Source: Polynucleobacter sp.
Lineage (GTDB): Bacteria > Pseudomonadota > Gammaproteobacteria > Burkholderiales > Burkholderiaceae
Assembly (NCBI GenBank): GCA_030696845.1
Contig: JAUYRJ010000081.1
Span: 3,919-67,918 of the forward strand
Direction of reading: 5' to 3'
DNA length: 64,000 nucleotides
Position numbers and translations under genes: made by a program. This document shows, piece by piece, positions 1-11,348 of this stretch (position 1 is its first letter; every line of letters begins with the position of its first letter). The notes below the pieces were generated by a model. That model was not told where the DNA came from, did no database searches, and worked only from the letters and a program-made list of their open reading frames with translations.

Positions 1-928
1 ATGCACAGGCTGCCTGCATATCAGTAATCTTAAGGTTGTAACCCAAATGACTATAGGTGTACTTGTGATCGTAACCAAACGGTAGATCGCCTAACTTCCA
101 AGCAAAGCGCTTGCCACAAGTATTGTCCTTCCCTGGAGGGCAATAGCAGTCGCGACCCCAATCTCTAAAGCTCTCCGCAATTTGCTTTAGCTCATAGTTA
201 TTGGTGAATACAGCGCCTCCCTCACCCATCGTAATGTGGTGCGCTGGATAAAAACTGAGTGTGCCAATATCGCCAAAAGTTCCAACCATTTGACCTTTAT
301 AAGTGCTACCTAAGGCATCGCAGCAATCTTCTACCAACCATAGGCTATGCTTTTTACAAATCGCAGTGACTACATCTAAGTTAAAAGGATTGCCCAAAGA
401 GTGCGCCAACATAATGGCCTTAGTTTTTGGGCTAATCGCTGCTTCAATTTTCAAAGCATCAATATTGTGAGTGATTGGATCGACATCCACAAAAACGGGA
501 ACAGCCCCAAACTGGACAATCGGATTTACTGTTGTTGGGAAACCGGCTGCAACACCAATCACTTCATCACCCTTTTTAATGGCACGATCACCTAACTTAG
601 ATGAAGTTAATGCTGAAAATGCCACCAAGTTTGCAGAAGAACCCGAATTCACGGTAATGAGGTGTTTAACACCAATAAATTCAGCCAACTTCTTTTCAAA
701 GAGATCATTAAATCGCCCAGTGGTGAGCCACCCATCTAAAGATGCCTCGACCATATTTTCCAACTCTTTAGAGTCAATTAACTTGCCCGAAGGAGGAACC
801 ACTGTTTGACCGGGAATAAATTTCTTCGGAGCAAACTCAAGCGCTGAATATTCTTGAACTAAGGCCAAAATTTGTTTACGAATTTTATCTTTGGCAAATT
901 GATCGGTAGATATAGTGATTTCAGTCAT
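1..928 (-). CDS. rfbH: CDP-4-keto-6-deoxyglucose 3-dehydrase (RfbH/DdhC, DegT/DnrJ-like PLP enzyme); partial, runs off the window start
   Basis: Not in the ORF track. Hand translation from ATG at 928 gives [73 protein letters not shown], the typical RfbH N-terminus. It follows rfbF-rfbG. Confidence 0.9.
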   Translation of the reverse strand, partial: MTEITISTDQFAKDKIRKQILALVQEYSALEFAPKKFIPGQTVVPPSGKLIDSKELENMVEASLDGWLTTGRFNDLFEKKLAEFIGVKHLITVNSGSSANLVAFSALTSSKLGDRAIKKGDEVIGVAAGFPTTVNPIVQFGAVPVFVDVDPITHNIDALKIEAAISPKTKAIMLAHSLGNPFNLDVVTAICKKHSLWLVEDCCDALGSTYKGQMVGTFGDIGTLSFYPAHHITMGEGGAVFTNNYELKQIAESFRDWGRDCYCPPGKDNTCGKRFAWKLGDLPFGYDHKYTYSHLGYNLKITDMQAACA

Positions 929-949
929 TGTTAATTTTCAAAAAAAGGA

Positions 950-2065
950 TTAAGAATTTTCGTATTTATTAATTTGCTGCAAGCTGAGCTTACGCATATC
1001 CATATTTTGACGATATGCGTTTTGCCATTCGGCAATCTGCTCGATTGCTTGCTCAAGACTCCACTGCGGAACCCAACCGAGATACTGACGGGCCTTTGAG
1101 CAATCGAGCTTCAAGGAATGCGCCTCATGCGGTTGCTCGCCTTGATCTTGCTTCCAACTGGCAGGTAATCCCCAGTTCTGAATGAGTAAGTTGATCACCT
1201 CTTGAACAGGTCTTGCATCCTCATCGCGTGGTCCAAAGTTCCAACCGCCATCAAATTGAGCGCCATCTTCATAAAGCGCCTGGGCTAGAACAAGGTAACC
1301 AGATAGGGGCTCCAAAACATGTTGCCAAGGACGCGTTGCCAAAGGGTTGCGAATCATCAAAACTTCTTGAGCTTCAAATGCTTTAATCGCATCTGGGATT
1401 AAGCGATCCTCAGACCAGTCTCCACCACCAATCACATTACCAGCACGAGCAGAGGCGATAGCCACTTGATGCTCAGAATATTTCTCGGGAGAAAAATAGG
1501 ACTGTCGGTAGGCACTAGTTACTAGCTCGGCACAACCCTTGCTGTTGCTGTAAGGATCGTGACCGCCCATAGGTTCATTCTCACGATAACCCCAAACCCA
1601 TTCTTTATTCTCATAGCATTTATCAGTCGTCACTATTATTACTGCACGAACCGATTTAAGCGCGCGAATACTCTCAAGAACGTGAACCGTCCCCATGACA
1701 TTGGTAGCATAGGTTTCAACTGGATTTGCATAGGAGTAGCGTACCAAAGGTTGCGCTGCCATGTGAATCACAATTTCAGGCTTAGCATCTGCCATTGCCT
1801 TTTGAAGCTTATCCAGATCACGAATATCGGCAATATGTGATTGTTCAAGGCCATCCGCAACATTAGCTACTTCATAAAAGTTCGGGATTGTATTGGGCGC
1901 CAATGCATACCCGGTAACCTTCGCCCCCATGGAAGATAGCCATAAAGAGAGCCATCCACCCTTAAAGCCAGTATGCCCGGTCAAGAAAACACGCTTATCA
2001 CTCCAGAAGGACGGGTTTACTGACCCAGTCTTAGCACGCCCAGCAGTAGACATACTTAAGCCCAA
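950..2065 (-). CDS. rfbG: CDP-glucose 4,6-dehydratase
   Basis: [27 protein letters not shown] and [11 protein letters not shown] motifs. True start may be the Met at 2053. Confidence 0.95.
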   Translation of the reverse strand: MGLSMSTAGRAKTGSVNPSFWSDKRVFLTGHTGFKGGWLSLWLSSMGAKVTGYALAPNTIPNFYEVANVADGLEQSHIADIRDLDKLQKAMADAKPEIVIHMAAQPLVRYSYANPVETYATNVMGTVHVLESIRALKSVRAVIIVTTDKCYENKEWVWGYRENEPMGGHDPYSNSKGCAELVTSAYRQSYFSPEKYSEHQVAIASARAGNVIGGGDWSEDRLIPDAIKAFEAQEVLMIRNPLATRPWQHVLEPLSGYLVLAQALYEDGAQFDGGWNFGPRDEDARPVQEVINLLIQNWGLPASWKQDQGEQPHEAHSLKLDCSKARQYLGWVPQWSLEQAIEQIAEWQNAYRQNMDMRKLSLQQINKYENS

Positions 2066-2829
2066 ACCTTCCAGGGAGCTTTATCGCTTGCCCATAACTC
2101 TTCAAGATGCTGCTTATCGCGCAAGGTATCCATAGGCTGCCAAAAACCATTGTGCGTAAAGGCCTGCAACTGGTTAGCCGTAGCTAAAAACTCCAATGGT
2201 TTGCGCTCCCAAATTGTGCTGTCATCTTCAATTAGATCAATCACCTTTGGAGAAAGCACAAAAAAGCCACCGTTAATGTACATACCATCTCCATGGGGCT
2301 TTTCAACAAAGCTCTTCACGGCAGAGCCGTCCATATCTAAGGCCCCAAAACGACCAGGTGGCTGAACAGCGGTAACAGTAGCTTGCTTGCCATGCGCCTT
2401 ATGAAAGGCAATCAACTTAGTCAGATCAACATCACCCACACCATCGCCATAAGTAAAGCAAAAATCTTCATCGCCCAAGTACTGACGAACACGCTTGAGA
2501 CGTCCACCAGTTAAAGTATTTTCACCAGTATCAATTAAGGTAATTTTCCAAGGCTCGGCATACTGTTGGTGAATTTCCATGGCATTGTTATTAGCCATGT
2601 CAAAAGTAACATCGGACATATGCAAAAAGTAATTAGCAAAATACTCCTTGATCATGTAGCCCTTATAACCACAACAAATTACAAAATCATTGACCCCATG
2701 GGCTGAATACATCTTCATGATGTGCCACAAAATGGGCTTCCCACCCACCTCAACCATGGGTTTAGGACGAGAAGAGGTTTCCTCGGCGATTCTGGTGCCC
2801 AAACCACCAGCTAAGATGACAGCCTTCAT
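2056..2829 (-). CDS. rfbF: Glucose-1-phosphate cytidylyltransferase
   Basis: [37 protein letters not shown] and [12 protein letters not shown] motifs. Confidence 0.95.
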   Translation of the reverse strand: MKAVILAGGLGTRIAEETSSRPKPMVEVGGKPILWHIMKMYSAHGVNDFVICCGYKGYMIKEYFANYFLHMSDVTFDMANNNAMEIHQQYAEPWKITLIDTGENTLTGGRLKRVRQYLGDEDFCFTYGDGVGDVDLTKLIAFHKAHGKQATVTAVQPPGRFGALDMDGSAVKSFVEKPHGDGMYINGGFFVLSPKVIDLIEDDSTIWERKPLEFLATANQLQAFTHNGFWQPMDTLRDKQHLEELWASDKAPWKVWA

Positions 2830-2871
2830 TGCAACCTTTAATTACTAAAATCTTTGATTTTATGAGTAAAG

Positions 2872-2885
2872 GGGCTACTTAGCCC
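2872..2885 (-). terminator. Short hairpin (GGGCT-ACTT-AGCCC on +) upstream of rfbF; possible weak terminator
   Basis: 5-bp GC-rich stem with short A/T flanks, seen directly. Confidence 0.3.
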
Positions 2886-3429
2886 TGTTTAATGGCAATA
2901 TTTGATGCGTCGCAACAATTATGCCTTTCTTATTTAGATTATAACTATTTAGAAGGATTAACCCACCCCAAAGCCACAAGGTGGCGGTATCAATATAACC
3001 AGGCACTCTAGAGGGCGGCTACAACTAAGTCAACCTTGCGAGTCCTGCGCCTCATTCACGGATGATCGATTGATGACACTTATTTTGCTCATCCCCACTT
3101 AATATTACCTACTGGTCTCTATAAGAAATGTGAGTCCAGCGCAAGATTCTAGGATAGCTAAGATAGCCCTGTTGAACCAAATTAAGGCGCGATGCTATGA
3201 AGGATTAATTATCGTCACAATTCAAATATTCTTGATAAGAATAATTCGTGCACAGCCTTAATGGTTTAAATGCAACTGAGATAACGGCCATAGCTATTTA
3301 TTTGACATCTAATCAACAGAACCAAAATAGTACAATAGTGAGTACGCAAATAAATTTAACTAAACGCAGATAAACGGCGCTGATTAAAAAATTAGAATAA
3401 ATAACTCTTAATTAATAAAATAACATTTC

Positions 3430-4464
3430 TTATTTCAGCATTTCAAAATGATGATTAGATCCGGCGATTTCTCTGATAATTGATGCAACAAAATACTCGG
3501 AAGAAAATGGTGCAACTAAGTCGCTATATAAAAAAAGTTTTATGTTGTTTTGCATTTCTGCGTATTGGCTAGGATCAATATTTAATAGGTGTTGATGCAA
3601 TTCTTCAATTGACCCAAAATTCCTGGCATCTACAAAACAATTTAAAGGGATGTACTTCGTAACATTATTAGCCCCCAAATAGATGGGGACGCTACCAGAC
3701 ATCATTGCATCAAATATCTTTTCAGTAATATAGTTTGGAATATTTTTTGAATTTTCATAACAATATATAAACTTAGTTTTTCTAAAAATGCTGGCCTTAT
3801 TCAGAACCTCCCCCCGATAGCTTGGAAAAGGTCGATATGCAAAAAATTTTGTACGCAACCTCTTAATTGCTCTTAATACTCTTTCCGGCAAATTAAATGC
3901 TGGCCCAGGCTTATCCCAGCCACGTCCAAAAAGCATAAAATTGCTTGGATCATTTTTTTCATACCAGCGTATTAAACGAAGTCTTTCTCGATACAAATCG
4001 TTTTCATCACTATGAAAAAAACGTTTATTAGCATTAATCAAACACGCAAAAATAGGGCGCTCATCAAAATGGGGAAATGAGTCAATCCGAATTTCATTTG
4101 GAACCATACTAAGAATGCCATTCGGAAGGGATGCAATAGCTGGATTCCAGCTAAATACTTTTTTAAACTGACTACAGTAAGCTGGATCAGAATTCAACAA
4201 ATTAATGTTTGGATTTTCCATTGCCACTAAATATTTTGGCGCCGCTGTAGGTTGAATTACCTGGCCTTCAACATAAAGCTCAAATAACACATCCTTTCCA
4301 TCATTAAGGTCGGGCGTATTCAACTCAATACCGACATCTAGAAATGCCTGTCTCAATAATCGTGATGTGTAGGTTGGCGCATAGGTATGGGTTGGATCAT
4401 TTTCAGAAAACAAGGAATTTTTTTTATGGCCATCTGCATAGATAGAAGCAGTCCTCATCGTCAT
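3430..4464 (-). CDS. Glycosyltransferase family 10 (alpha-1,3/1,4-fucosyltransferase-like)
   Basis: YCYENSKNIPNYITEKIFDAMMSGSVPIYLGANNV matches the GT10 alpha-1,3-FucT motif. Lies next to the GDP-fucose genes and is visibly AT-rich. Confidence 0.8.
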   Translation of the reverse strand: MTMRTASIYADGHKKNSLFSENDPTHTYAPTYTSRLLRQAFLDVGIELNTPDLNDGKDVLFELYVEGQVIQPTAAPKYLVAMENPNINLLNSDPAYCSQFKKVFSWNPAIASLPNGILSMVPNEIRIDSFPHFDERPIFACLINANKRFFHSDENDLYRERLRLIRWYEKNDPSNFMLFGRGWDKPGPAFNLPERVLRAIKRLRTKFFAYRPFPSYRGEVLNKASIFRKTKFIYCYENSKNIPNYITEKIFDAMMSGSVPIYLGANNVTKYIPLNCFVDARNFGSIEELHQHLLNIDPSQYAEMQNNIKLFLYSDLVAPFSSEYFVASIIREIAGSNHHFEMLK

Positions 4465-5372
4465 ACTTTTTTATTCAGGCTCATAAATAATTTGATTAAT
4501 GCCTTGTTGATTAGGGCTTGATAGAAACTGAGGCGACATAATCTTTGATAACGATGTACAAAAATAAATTTAGAAAGCAAACGATGTACTTTTCCATGCT
4601 CATTCGTCTTCAAACTGGGTAGTAATTTCTTGTATAAAAAAAAGCGGTAATCTTCCAATATTTCGGAGCTAAATCTATTGCTAGAACTTTTTAAGTACGC
4701 CAAAAAACGTAAGCGGTCATGACGGGATTCAAATCTACCATCGTTACTATCGTGCAAACGATATATCATCACTGGATTTGCAATCCAAATCATAAGCCCT
4801 CTTGCGGCCCAACTAGAGAGCCACTGAACATCAGAGTATTTGCCACCAGAAACATCAAAACGCAAGCTTTGCAGCGCTTCTTTCTTGTAGATATAAGAAG
4901 GCAAGGGCGCAATGCCTGATTGGTTATGGGAAAAATACCGACGCAATAAATTATCTGGAGTTATGGGGCCTATATAGGGTCGCATAGATTTAAAAGATAG
5001 GCCGGTAAATTTTCCATGGCGCTCTACTAGCGCATTGGCACCAAAAGCTACTGCCGCGGGAAACAAACTCTTCGCCTTCCAAAAATCAGCTACATAATTT
5101 GGTAGCATGAGGTCATCATCATGGAAAAATGTAAAATATTCTGTTCTGATTTCTGATAAACAAACATTACCATGATCAATACTTGATAATACTTTCGGAC
5201 GCTTAATATATAACAAGTCTTCACAAGGACTAATGAGATCCAACAGCTCATTTGTACTCGAGTTATCTGAAACTACTAAGCGAAAACGGCGATCCGTTTG
5301 GGACATAATAGATTCAATTGCTTTGATTGCAGTTACCGGTCGATTATGAGTTGTTAGATAAATCGTTAGCAA
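4461..5372 (-). CDS. Glycosyltransferase family 2 (GT-A fold)
   Basis: N-terminal TIYLTTHNRP...VVSDNSS and FFHDDD (DxD) motifs. Confidence 0.85.
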   Translation of the reverse strand: MLTIYLTTHNRPVTAIKAIESIMSQTDRRFRLVVSDNSSTNELLDLISPCEDLLYIKRPKVLSSIDHGNVCLSEIRTEYFTFFHDDDLMLPNYVADFWKAKSLFPAAVAFGANALVERHGKFTGLSFKSMRPYIGPITPDNLLRRYFSHNQSGIAPLPSYIYKKEALQSLRFDVSGGKYSDVQWLSSWAARGLMIWIANPVMIYRLHDSNDGRFESRHDRLRFLAYLKSSSNRFSSEILEDYRFFLYKKLLPSLKTNEHGKVHRLLSKFIFVHRYQRLCRLSFYQALINKALIKLFMSLNKKV

Positions 5373-5391
5373 GGTATCGAGCCTAATCAGG

Positions 5392-6369
5392 TCAGGGTTT
5401 GGATTGAGACAAAAAAGCTTGGTAAGTTAATCTCAAACCTTCATCTAAACTCACTTTAGCATTCCATCCCAGCCGATTTAAGCGATTAGAGTCCATCCAT
5501 TTTCTTGGAGATCCATCAGGCTTTGATGGATCCAATGCAATCGCTCCTTGATACCCAGTTGCTTTTGCTACTGCCGTTGCCAGCTCAACAATAGCCACAT
5601 CACTACCAAAGCCAACATTAATATGACTTTGCATCGGTTGAGTGTGCAGATCATAAATGTCTTTTGCAAGATGCATGACAAAAACTGAAGCGGCAGCCAT
5701 ATCATCCACATACAAAAACTCTCGCCTTGGCGTTCCAGTCCCCCAAATCAAGACTTCCGGGCTATTTGCGACCTTTGCTTCATGAAAGCGTCTTATTAGC
5801 GCCGGAATCACATGGCTATTTTCGGGATGGTAATTGTCTCCGGGACCATATAAATTCGTTAGCATGACGGATCGGTAATCTACTCCATGGGACTGACCAT
5901 ACTGTCGGTTATAGCTCTCGCATATTTTGATGCCCGCAATCTTGGCAATGGCGTAGGGTTCATTGGTCGGCTCCAGTTTTCCGGTGAGCAAGGCATCTTC
6001 ACTCATGGGCTGAGGGGCAAGCTTGGGATAAATGCAACTGGATCCTAAAAAGAGTAGCTTCTTCACCCCAGCCAGAAACGCCTGATGAATGACATTGCTC
6101 TGTACCATCAAGTTATCGTAAATGAACTCGGCTGGAAAGGTGTTATTCGCATAAATGCCGCCTACCTTTGCTGCTGCTAAATAGACTTGATCGGGTTTTT
6201 CAGTTTCAAAGAAGTCTTTTACAGCAGCTTGATTGGTGAGATCGAGCTCCGCATGAGTTCGAGTAACCATGTTGGTAAATCCCTTTGCCTTGAGATTGCG
6301 TACGATCGCAGAGCCCACCATACCGCGGTGACCAGCAATATAAATCTTGGCATTTAAATCAGTGCTCAT
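5392..6369 (-). CDS. fcl: GDP-L-fucose synthase
   Basis: [24 protein letters not shown] and [10 protein letters not shown] motifs. Confidence 0.95.
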   Translation of the reverse strand: MSTDLNAKIYIAGHRGMVGSAIVRNLKAKGFTNMVTRTHAELDLTNQAAVKDFFETEKPDQVYLAAAKVGGIYANNTFPAEFIYDNLMVQSNVIHQAFLAGVKKLLFLGSSCIYPKLAPQPMSEDALLTGKLEPTNEPYAIAKIAGIKICESYNRQYGQSHGVDYRSVMLTNLYGPGDNYHPENSHVIPALIRRFHEAKVANSPEVLIWGTGTPRREFLYVDDMAAASVFVMHLAKDIYDLHTQPMQSHINVGFGSDVAIVELATAVAKATGYQGAIALDPSKPDGSPRKWMDSNRLNRLGWNAKVSLDEGLRLTYQAFLSQSKP

Positions 6370-6407
6370 GTATTTTTTACTTTTATGTTTATTCTGATTT
6401 GCTTGGC

Positions 6408-7538
6408 CTAGTTCTCTTTACCCACTGCCACCGAGTACCCGTGTTTTTTCAGTAAAGCATGTTGCTTCGCCTGATCTAGGTCGTTATCAACCATCTCTTC
6501 AATCATTTGATCTAAGGTGATTTCCGGAACCCAGCCCAGCTTTTCTTTTGCCTTGGTAGGGTCACCCAAGAGGGTCTCGACTTCAGTGGGACGATAGTAA
6601 CGGGGGTCGATTTGCACAATCACATCCCCCGCTTTTAAGGCTGGGGCTTTATCGCCATCAATCTTAGTGACAATGGCTTTTTCATTCTCAGCAGCACCTT
6701 CAAACTTCAGTGTAATTCCGAGTTGCTTCGCACTGCGGGTAATAAATTCACGGACAGTAAACTGCACACCGGTAGCAATGACAAAATCCTCCGGTTTATC
6801 TTGCTGCAGCATCATCCATTGCATGCGCACGTAGTCTTTTGCATGGCCCCAATCCCGCAGAGCATCGATATTACCCATGTAGAGACACTGCTCCAAACCT
6901 TGGGCAATATTGGCCAAGCCCCGCGTTACCTTACGGGTCACGAAGGTTTCCCCTCGGCGCTTGGATTCGTGATTAAAGAGGATGCCGTTGCAGGCATACA
7001 TGCCATACGCCTCGCGGTAGTTCACGGTAATCCAGTAAGCATAAAGCTTAGCCACCGCATACGGGCTTCTGGGATAAAACGGGGTGGTTTCTTTTTGGGG
7101 GATTTCTTGAACTAAGCCATAGAGTTCGGAAGTGGAAGCTTGATAAAAACGGGTTTTCTTTTCCATTCCTAAAATCCGAATGGCTTCTAAGATCCGCAGG
7201 GCGCCCATGCCATCGACGTCGGCAGTGTATTCAGGGGACTCAAAGGAGACTGCCACGTGGCTTTGCGCGCCCAGGTTATAAATCTCATCGGGCTGGCACT
7301 CTTGAATGATTCGTACCAAATTAGAGGTATCCGACAGATCTCCGTAATGCAGAACTAAATCTCGATGATTTACATGCGGATCTTGATACAAATGGTCAAT
7401 CCGATCGGTATTGAACGAAGAAGCGCGGCGCTTAATGCCGTGCACGACATAGCCTTTTTCCAGTAAGAACTCAGCTAAGTAAGAACCGTCTTGGCCAGTA
7501 ATGCCAGTAATTAAGGCAACTTTTTGTTTTTCACTCAT
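6408..7538 (-). CDS. gmd: GDP-mannose 4,6-dehydratase
   Basis: [16 protein letters not shown] and [11 protein letters not shown] motifs. Start placed at MSEKQK (7538); the ORF track extends to 7556. Confidence 0.97.
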   Translation of the reverse strand: MSEKQKVALITGITGQDGSYLAEFLLEKGYVVHGIKRRASSFNTDRIDHLYQDPHVNHRDLVLHYGDLSDTSNLVRIIQECQPDEIYNLGAQSHVAVSFESPEYTADVDGMGALRILEAIRILGMEKKTRFYQASTSELYGLVQEIPQKETTPFYPRSPYAVAKLYAYWITVNYREAYGMYACNGILFNHESKRRGETFVTRKVTRGLANIAQGLEQCLYMGNIDALRDWGHAKDYVRMQWMMLQQDKPEDFVIATGVQFTVREFITRSAKQLGITLKFEGAAENEKAIVTKIDGDKAPALKAGDVIVQIDPRYYRPTEVETLLGDPTKAKEKLGWVPEITLDQMIEEMVDNDLDQAKQHALLKKHGYSVAVGKEN

Positions 7539-7607
7539 GAATTTTCTCTTTTGCAATCGGTAGCGCTATTACAACTTCTGATCTATTAATTATTGGGTTA
7601 CCTAATA

Positions 7608-9095
7608 TTAACTACGCCCATACGTATCTTCAAAACGCACAATATCATCCTCGCCCAAATAGCTTCCCGACTGCACCTCAATGATTTCAAGGGGAGTTTT
7701 ACCGGGATTGGCTAAGCGATGGGTCTGGCCCTGCGGAATATAGGTACTTTGGTTTTCGGTGAGCAGAATAACTTGGTCGCCGTTAGTTATTTCTGCAGTA
7801 CCTTTCACCACAATCCAGTGTTCGGCACGGTGGTGATGCATTTGCAGTGATAAGCTGGCGCCTGGCTTTACTTGAATGCGCTTCACCTTAAAACGCTCAC
7901 CCTCGTCCACACTGTCATACCAGCCCCAAGGGCGGGCTACTTTGCGGTGCAGATTTTTCTCTTCGCGTTGCTGAACTTCTAGCTGATTGACGATGTGTTT
8001 GACATCTTGGCTCTGGCTGCGATCCGCTACTAACACCGCATCCGCGGTCTCAATCACAATCACATTATTTAAACCAACCGTACTTACTAAACGGCTACTA
8101 GCATGCACGAGTGAGTTTGTTGATTTACTGAGCAACACATCGCCGCTCGTCACATTACCCTCGGTATCTTTATTGCCTACTTGCCAAACCGCATCCCAGG
8201 CGCCCAAATCATTCCAGCCTGCATTGAGTTCGACCATCTTGACGTGATATTGGCTGCCAGGGCATTTTTCTATCACGGCATAGTCAATCGATTCACTAGG
8301 AATGCCGCTAAACAATGCTTTATTGGGCCTAACAAAGCGGGTGCCGTCTGCTTGATCTTCGGTCTTTTGATCCCAGGCCGTTTGGGTTGCATCCAAAATG
8401 TCAGCGCGAAACTCTTTCAACGCAGCAAGCCAGGTACTGGCGCGCAGCACAAACATACCGCTATTCCAAAAGTAGTTACCGCTGTCTAAATACGCCTTAG
8501 CCTTCTCGAGATTGGGTTTCTCAGCAAACTGCTCAACGGCATATTCGTCAAAACCGCCTTTACTGGTGGACCGCCTTATATAACCATAGCCCGTCTCTGG
8601 CGCGGTGGGTGTGATGCCTAAAATGGCAATGGTTTTGTTACTGGAATCATCCGCAACAAGGTCACTACAATGTTGCAATGCAGTAGTAAACGCATCTGCA
8701 TTTTGAATGGTTTGATCGGCTGGGGTAATCACTAAAATCGGATCACTGTCTGCACTAACACTCGCTTCTTTTGCATAGAGCGCAGCTAAGGTCAATGCTG
8801 GGGCAGTATTACGACCTGCAGGCTCGAGCAATAAGGTCGCATTAATCTCCTCCATTTCACGAAGCTGATCAAGCACCAAGAAACGATGGTCTTCGTTGGT
8901 CACAATCAGAGTATTGCAGAGCGATGCCGATGAAGAGCCTAATTGATTTAGCCGCCCTACTGCCTCCTGAAAAAGACTGGTCTTTTGATCATTACCCGAT
9001 AGCGCCAAAAACTGTTTTGGAAAGCCCGCCCTAGACAAAGGCCAGAGCCGAGTGCCGGAGCCACCACAGAGAATTACAGGGAAAACTTTTGTCAT
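7608..9095 (-). CDS. manC: Mannose-1-phosphate guanylyltransferase / mannose-6-phosphate isomerase
   Basis: PVILCGGSGTRLWPLSR..PKQF motif plus C-terminal cupin (LSLQMHHHRAEHW). Start placed at 9095; the ORF track extends to 9119. Confidence 0.95.
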   Translation of the reverse strand: MTKVFPVILCGGSGTRLWPLSRAGFPKQFLALSGNDQKTSLFQEAVGRLNQLGSSSASLCNTLIVTNEDHRFLVLDQLREMEEINATLLLEPAGRNTAPALTLAALYAKEASVSADSDPILVITPADQTIQNADAFTTALQHCSDLVADDSSNKTIAILGITPTAPETGYGYIRRSTSKGGFDEYAVEQFAEKPNLEKAKAYLDSGNYFWNSGMFVLRASTWLAALKEFRADILDATQTAWDQKTEDQADGTRFVRPNKALFSGIPSESIDYAVIEKCPGSQYHVKMVELNAGWNDLGAWDAVWQVGNKDTEGNVTSGDVLLSKSTNSLVHASSRLVSTVGLNNVIVIETADAVLVADRSQSQDVKHIVNQLEVQQREEKNLHRKVARPWGWYDSVDEGERFKVKRIQVKPGASLSLQMHHHRAEHWIVVKGTAEITNGDQVILLTENQSTYIPQGQTHRLANPGKTPLEIIEVQSGSYLGEDDIVRFEDTYGRS

Positions 9096-9270
9096 TAAAT
9101 AATTGGGGGGATAAAGCATTTATGCTTTTTATAAAGGAACTTGTATTTTATATGTCCAAACACCTAGAGCCCTAAAAGAATCCACTCAAGTAGCGATTAT
9201 TGTTAGTAAATGCTAACTTCTAAATAATTATGGCAATTCAATCACCACAAAATAAGAGAGTGATCATTTA

Positions 9271-9304
9271 GGGGGGGGGAGAATGGTGGGGGGGGTTAAA
9301 GGGG
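9271..9304 (+). repeat. Homopolymer G tracts: G9 (9271-9279), G8 (9288-9295) and G4 (9301-9304)
   Basis: Read directly: GGGGGGGGG-AGAATGGT-GGGGGGGG-TTAAA-GGGG. Confidence 0.9.
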
Positions 9305-11311
9305 TTTGGCTGGCCCCAAACTGGGCGCTTTCGTAGGCGCGCCCAGGCCAACAAAAATAACCATGCCATCGCCGCCGGGGTTAGAGACTAAGTCCTGCAA
9401 GCCTCTGGGTTTCCAGTTATTCGCTACCCACAGATTACCGGCCATATCGGCATTGACTGAGGTAAGGCGCATCAAGGGTAAATAGGCGGGTATTGGATTG
9501 GTCGTGCCATAGAGTGGCTCCCCAGAATTCAATAAAACTTGGCTACCTGCTGACGGCAGGGTGTAACCCGAACTGGGGCTAATGGCAGTGCCCATCGCTA
9601 CTCCGCTAGGGCAGTTGGCAGGAATAGCTCCGCAAAGCTGCACGATGCTGTAGCGTGAACTGGGCTCCTCCGTACCGAAGTTGGCCACCCAAATGTTTTG
9701 CTTGGCATCGACCGACAAACCCCAAGGGCCATTGATACCTTGGCCGCTGTAACTACCTACTAGCGTACCGCCCGAGTTAATGGCGTACACAAATGAGTTT
9801 GCACCGGCCGCAATCCAAGCATTGCCTTGCGAGTCGACTGCAATCCCCTTGGGATTACTACCGGCAGGCAAGCTCACCGTAAATAGTTTGGTAATTTGGC
9901 CGCCCACAATCCGCAGTTTCGAGACCACATCGGTATTGGTGTAGGTAACCCAAGCATCTCCTTGACTATCGACTGCCATGCCAAAAGGAGCCAGATTACC
10001 ATCGAAGTAAGTGAGTGGATTATTGCTATTGCCCTTGGGGTAAACCACCACCGTATTGTTGCCATGGCTGGCCATCCAAATGGTGTTGGATTGATCAACT
10101 GCAACACCCTGAACCCGATCCAGGTTTGTAGTAAAACCCGTGGACGGCGATAGAGGCATGCCCAGCGCAGATAATTTCGTTACGCTCCCATCGGCCGGAA
10201 CAACCGTGCCCCAACCGAAGTTACCCGACCAAATGTTGCCGAGTAAATCAATGGCCACTCCGAAACCCGATCCCAGAATACCGCCACCCGTAATGGGTGA
10301 GCTTGGTGTGTTACCAAGTCCATTAGCCGGCTTGCCATTGGGCTGTAACACCATGAGGCAGTTCGACGAATTCGGGGTGCCCTGCACGACATTATTGTTG
10401 ATCCAGGCATAGCCATTGGCATCAAAAGCCACATTGGCAGGGCCGCCAAAAGGGCAACTGGCACTACCGCTATCGTTCACCTTAACCGCTAGCGTCCAGG
10501 CATCGAGCTTTTGCAGCACGTTGTTTGATGCGGGACCCTGATCCGCCGTGAGCGCAGGCCTAAAGCTCGTTACCACACTGCCTAAGTTAAAAATAGCGCT
10601 GACATTCCTGGCGGGATTACGCGCGATGTTCACAATCGCTTGCAAGTTCGTCGTGGGTAAGTTGCCACTGGAATCGGGCGTTTGCGTAAATAAGTTTGTG
10701 CAGGCATTACCAATCCCCTGGGTACACGCTGCCAAAATATTACCTAAAGTACCAATCGCACTCCAAGTATTGGTTTCATAGGCATTGGGTGAGCTTTGAA
10801 TTATTACGGAGGCAGTTCCTGTCTGCGCTGCAACCAGGTTTTCAGCCATACCAGCAGCAATGCTCAGCGGCAATGCCGGGCCGGCAATCGAGTAGTCGCT
10901 TTGAAAGAATTGCGCAAAAGCATAGCCAGCGGCAACAGTCGTTAATTCATTAATCTTGACACTATTAAAAGGACCACTACCTAAGCTCGCCATCAGATCA
11001 ATGCCAGGCGACTTGGTCGCGCGGGCATAATACAGATTCGGAGCAGTGCCGTCATTACTCAGGGGCACTTTGGCCGTAAAGTTACCTGCACTATCGGTCG
11101 TTGTCTGCACCAGCAAAACTGGCGCGCCTAGCTTGGCTTTATAAATCGAAACCGTAGACCCGCCAATTGCAATGGCTGGGTTAGAGCCGCCCGAACTCAC
11201 CGAACCATAAATCACGACGTGATTTGGCGATGAGCTGCCCGAGCAAGCGGTGATGATAATCGCGGAACAGACGATAAAAAGGAGATGAAATAATCTTTTG
11301 ATCTTACTCAT
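9296..11311 (-). CDS. Predicted lipoprotein with C-terminal NHL-repeat beta-propeller
   Basis: Hydrophobic signal ending in lipobox-like ITAC followed by SGSSS. Repeated P.G(I/V)A(F/I/V)D..G(N/Y).W units occur in the C-terminal half. Confidence 0.8.
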   Translation of the reverse strand: MSKIKRLFHLLFIVCSAIIITACSGSSSPNHVVIYGSVSSGGSNPAIAIGGSTVSIYKAKLGAPVLLVQTTTDSAGNFTAKVPLSNDGTAPNLYYARATKSPGIDLMASLGSGPFNSVKINELTTVAAGYAFAQFFQSDYSIAGPALPLSIAAGMAENLVAAQTGTASVIIQSSPNAYETNTWSAIGTLGNILAACTQGIGNACTNLFTQTPDSSGNLPTTNLQAIVNIARNPARNVSAIFNLGSVVTSFRPALTADQGPASNNVLQKLDAWTLAVKVNDSGSASCPFGGPANVAFDANGYAWINNNVVQGTPNSSNCLMVLQPNGKPANGLGNTPSSPITGGGILGSGFGVAIDLLGNIWSGNFGWGTVVPADGSVTKLSALGMPLSPSTGFTTNLDRVQGVAVDQSNTIWMASHGNNTVVVYPKGNSNNPLTYFDGNLAPFGMAVDSQGDAWVTYTNTDVVSKLRIVGGQITKLFTVSLPAGSNPKGIAVDSQGNAWIAAGANSFVYAINSGGTLVGSYSGQGINGPWGLSVDAKQNIWVANFGTEEPSSRYSIVQLCGAIPANCPSGVAMGTAISPSSGYTLPSAGSQVLLNSGEPLYGTTNPIPAYLPLMRLTSVNADMAGNLWVANNWKPRGLQDLVSNPGGDGMVIFVGLGAPTKAPSLGPAKPL

Positions 11312-11348
11312 TCATAGCATCTTGAATTAGGTAATAACATCAAGTGAA

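Noticed and set aside
2983-2990. GGCGGTAT resembling the RfaH ops element
   Set aside because: It is on the strand opposite the LPS transcript and mismatches GGCGGTAG; no JUMPstart context.
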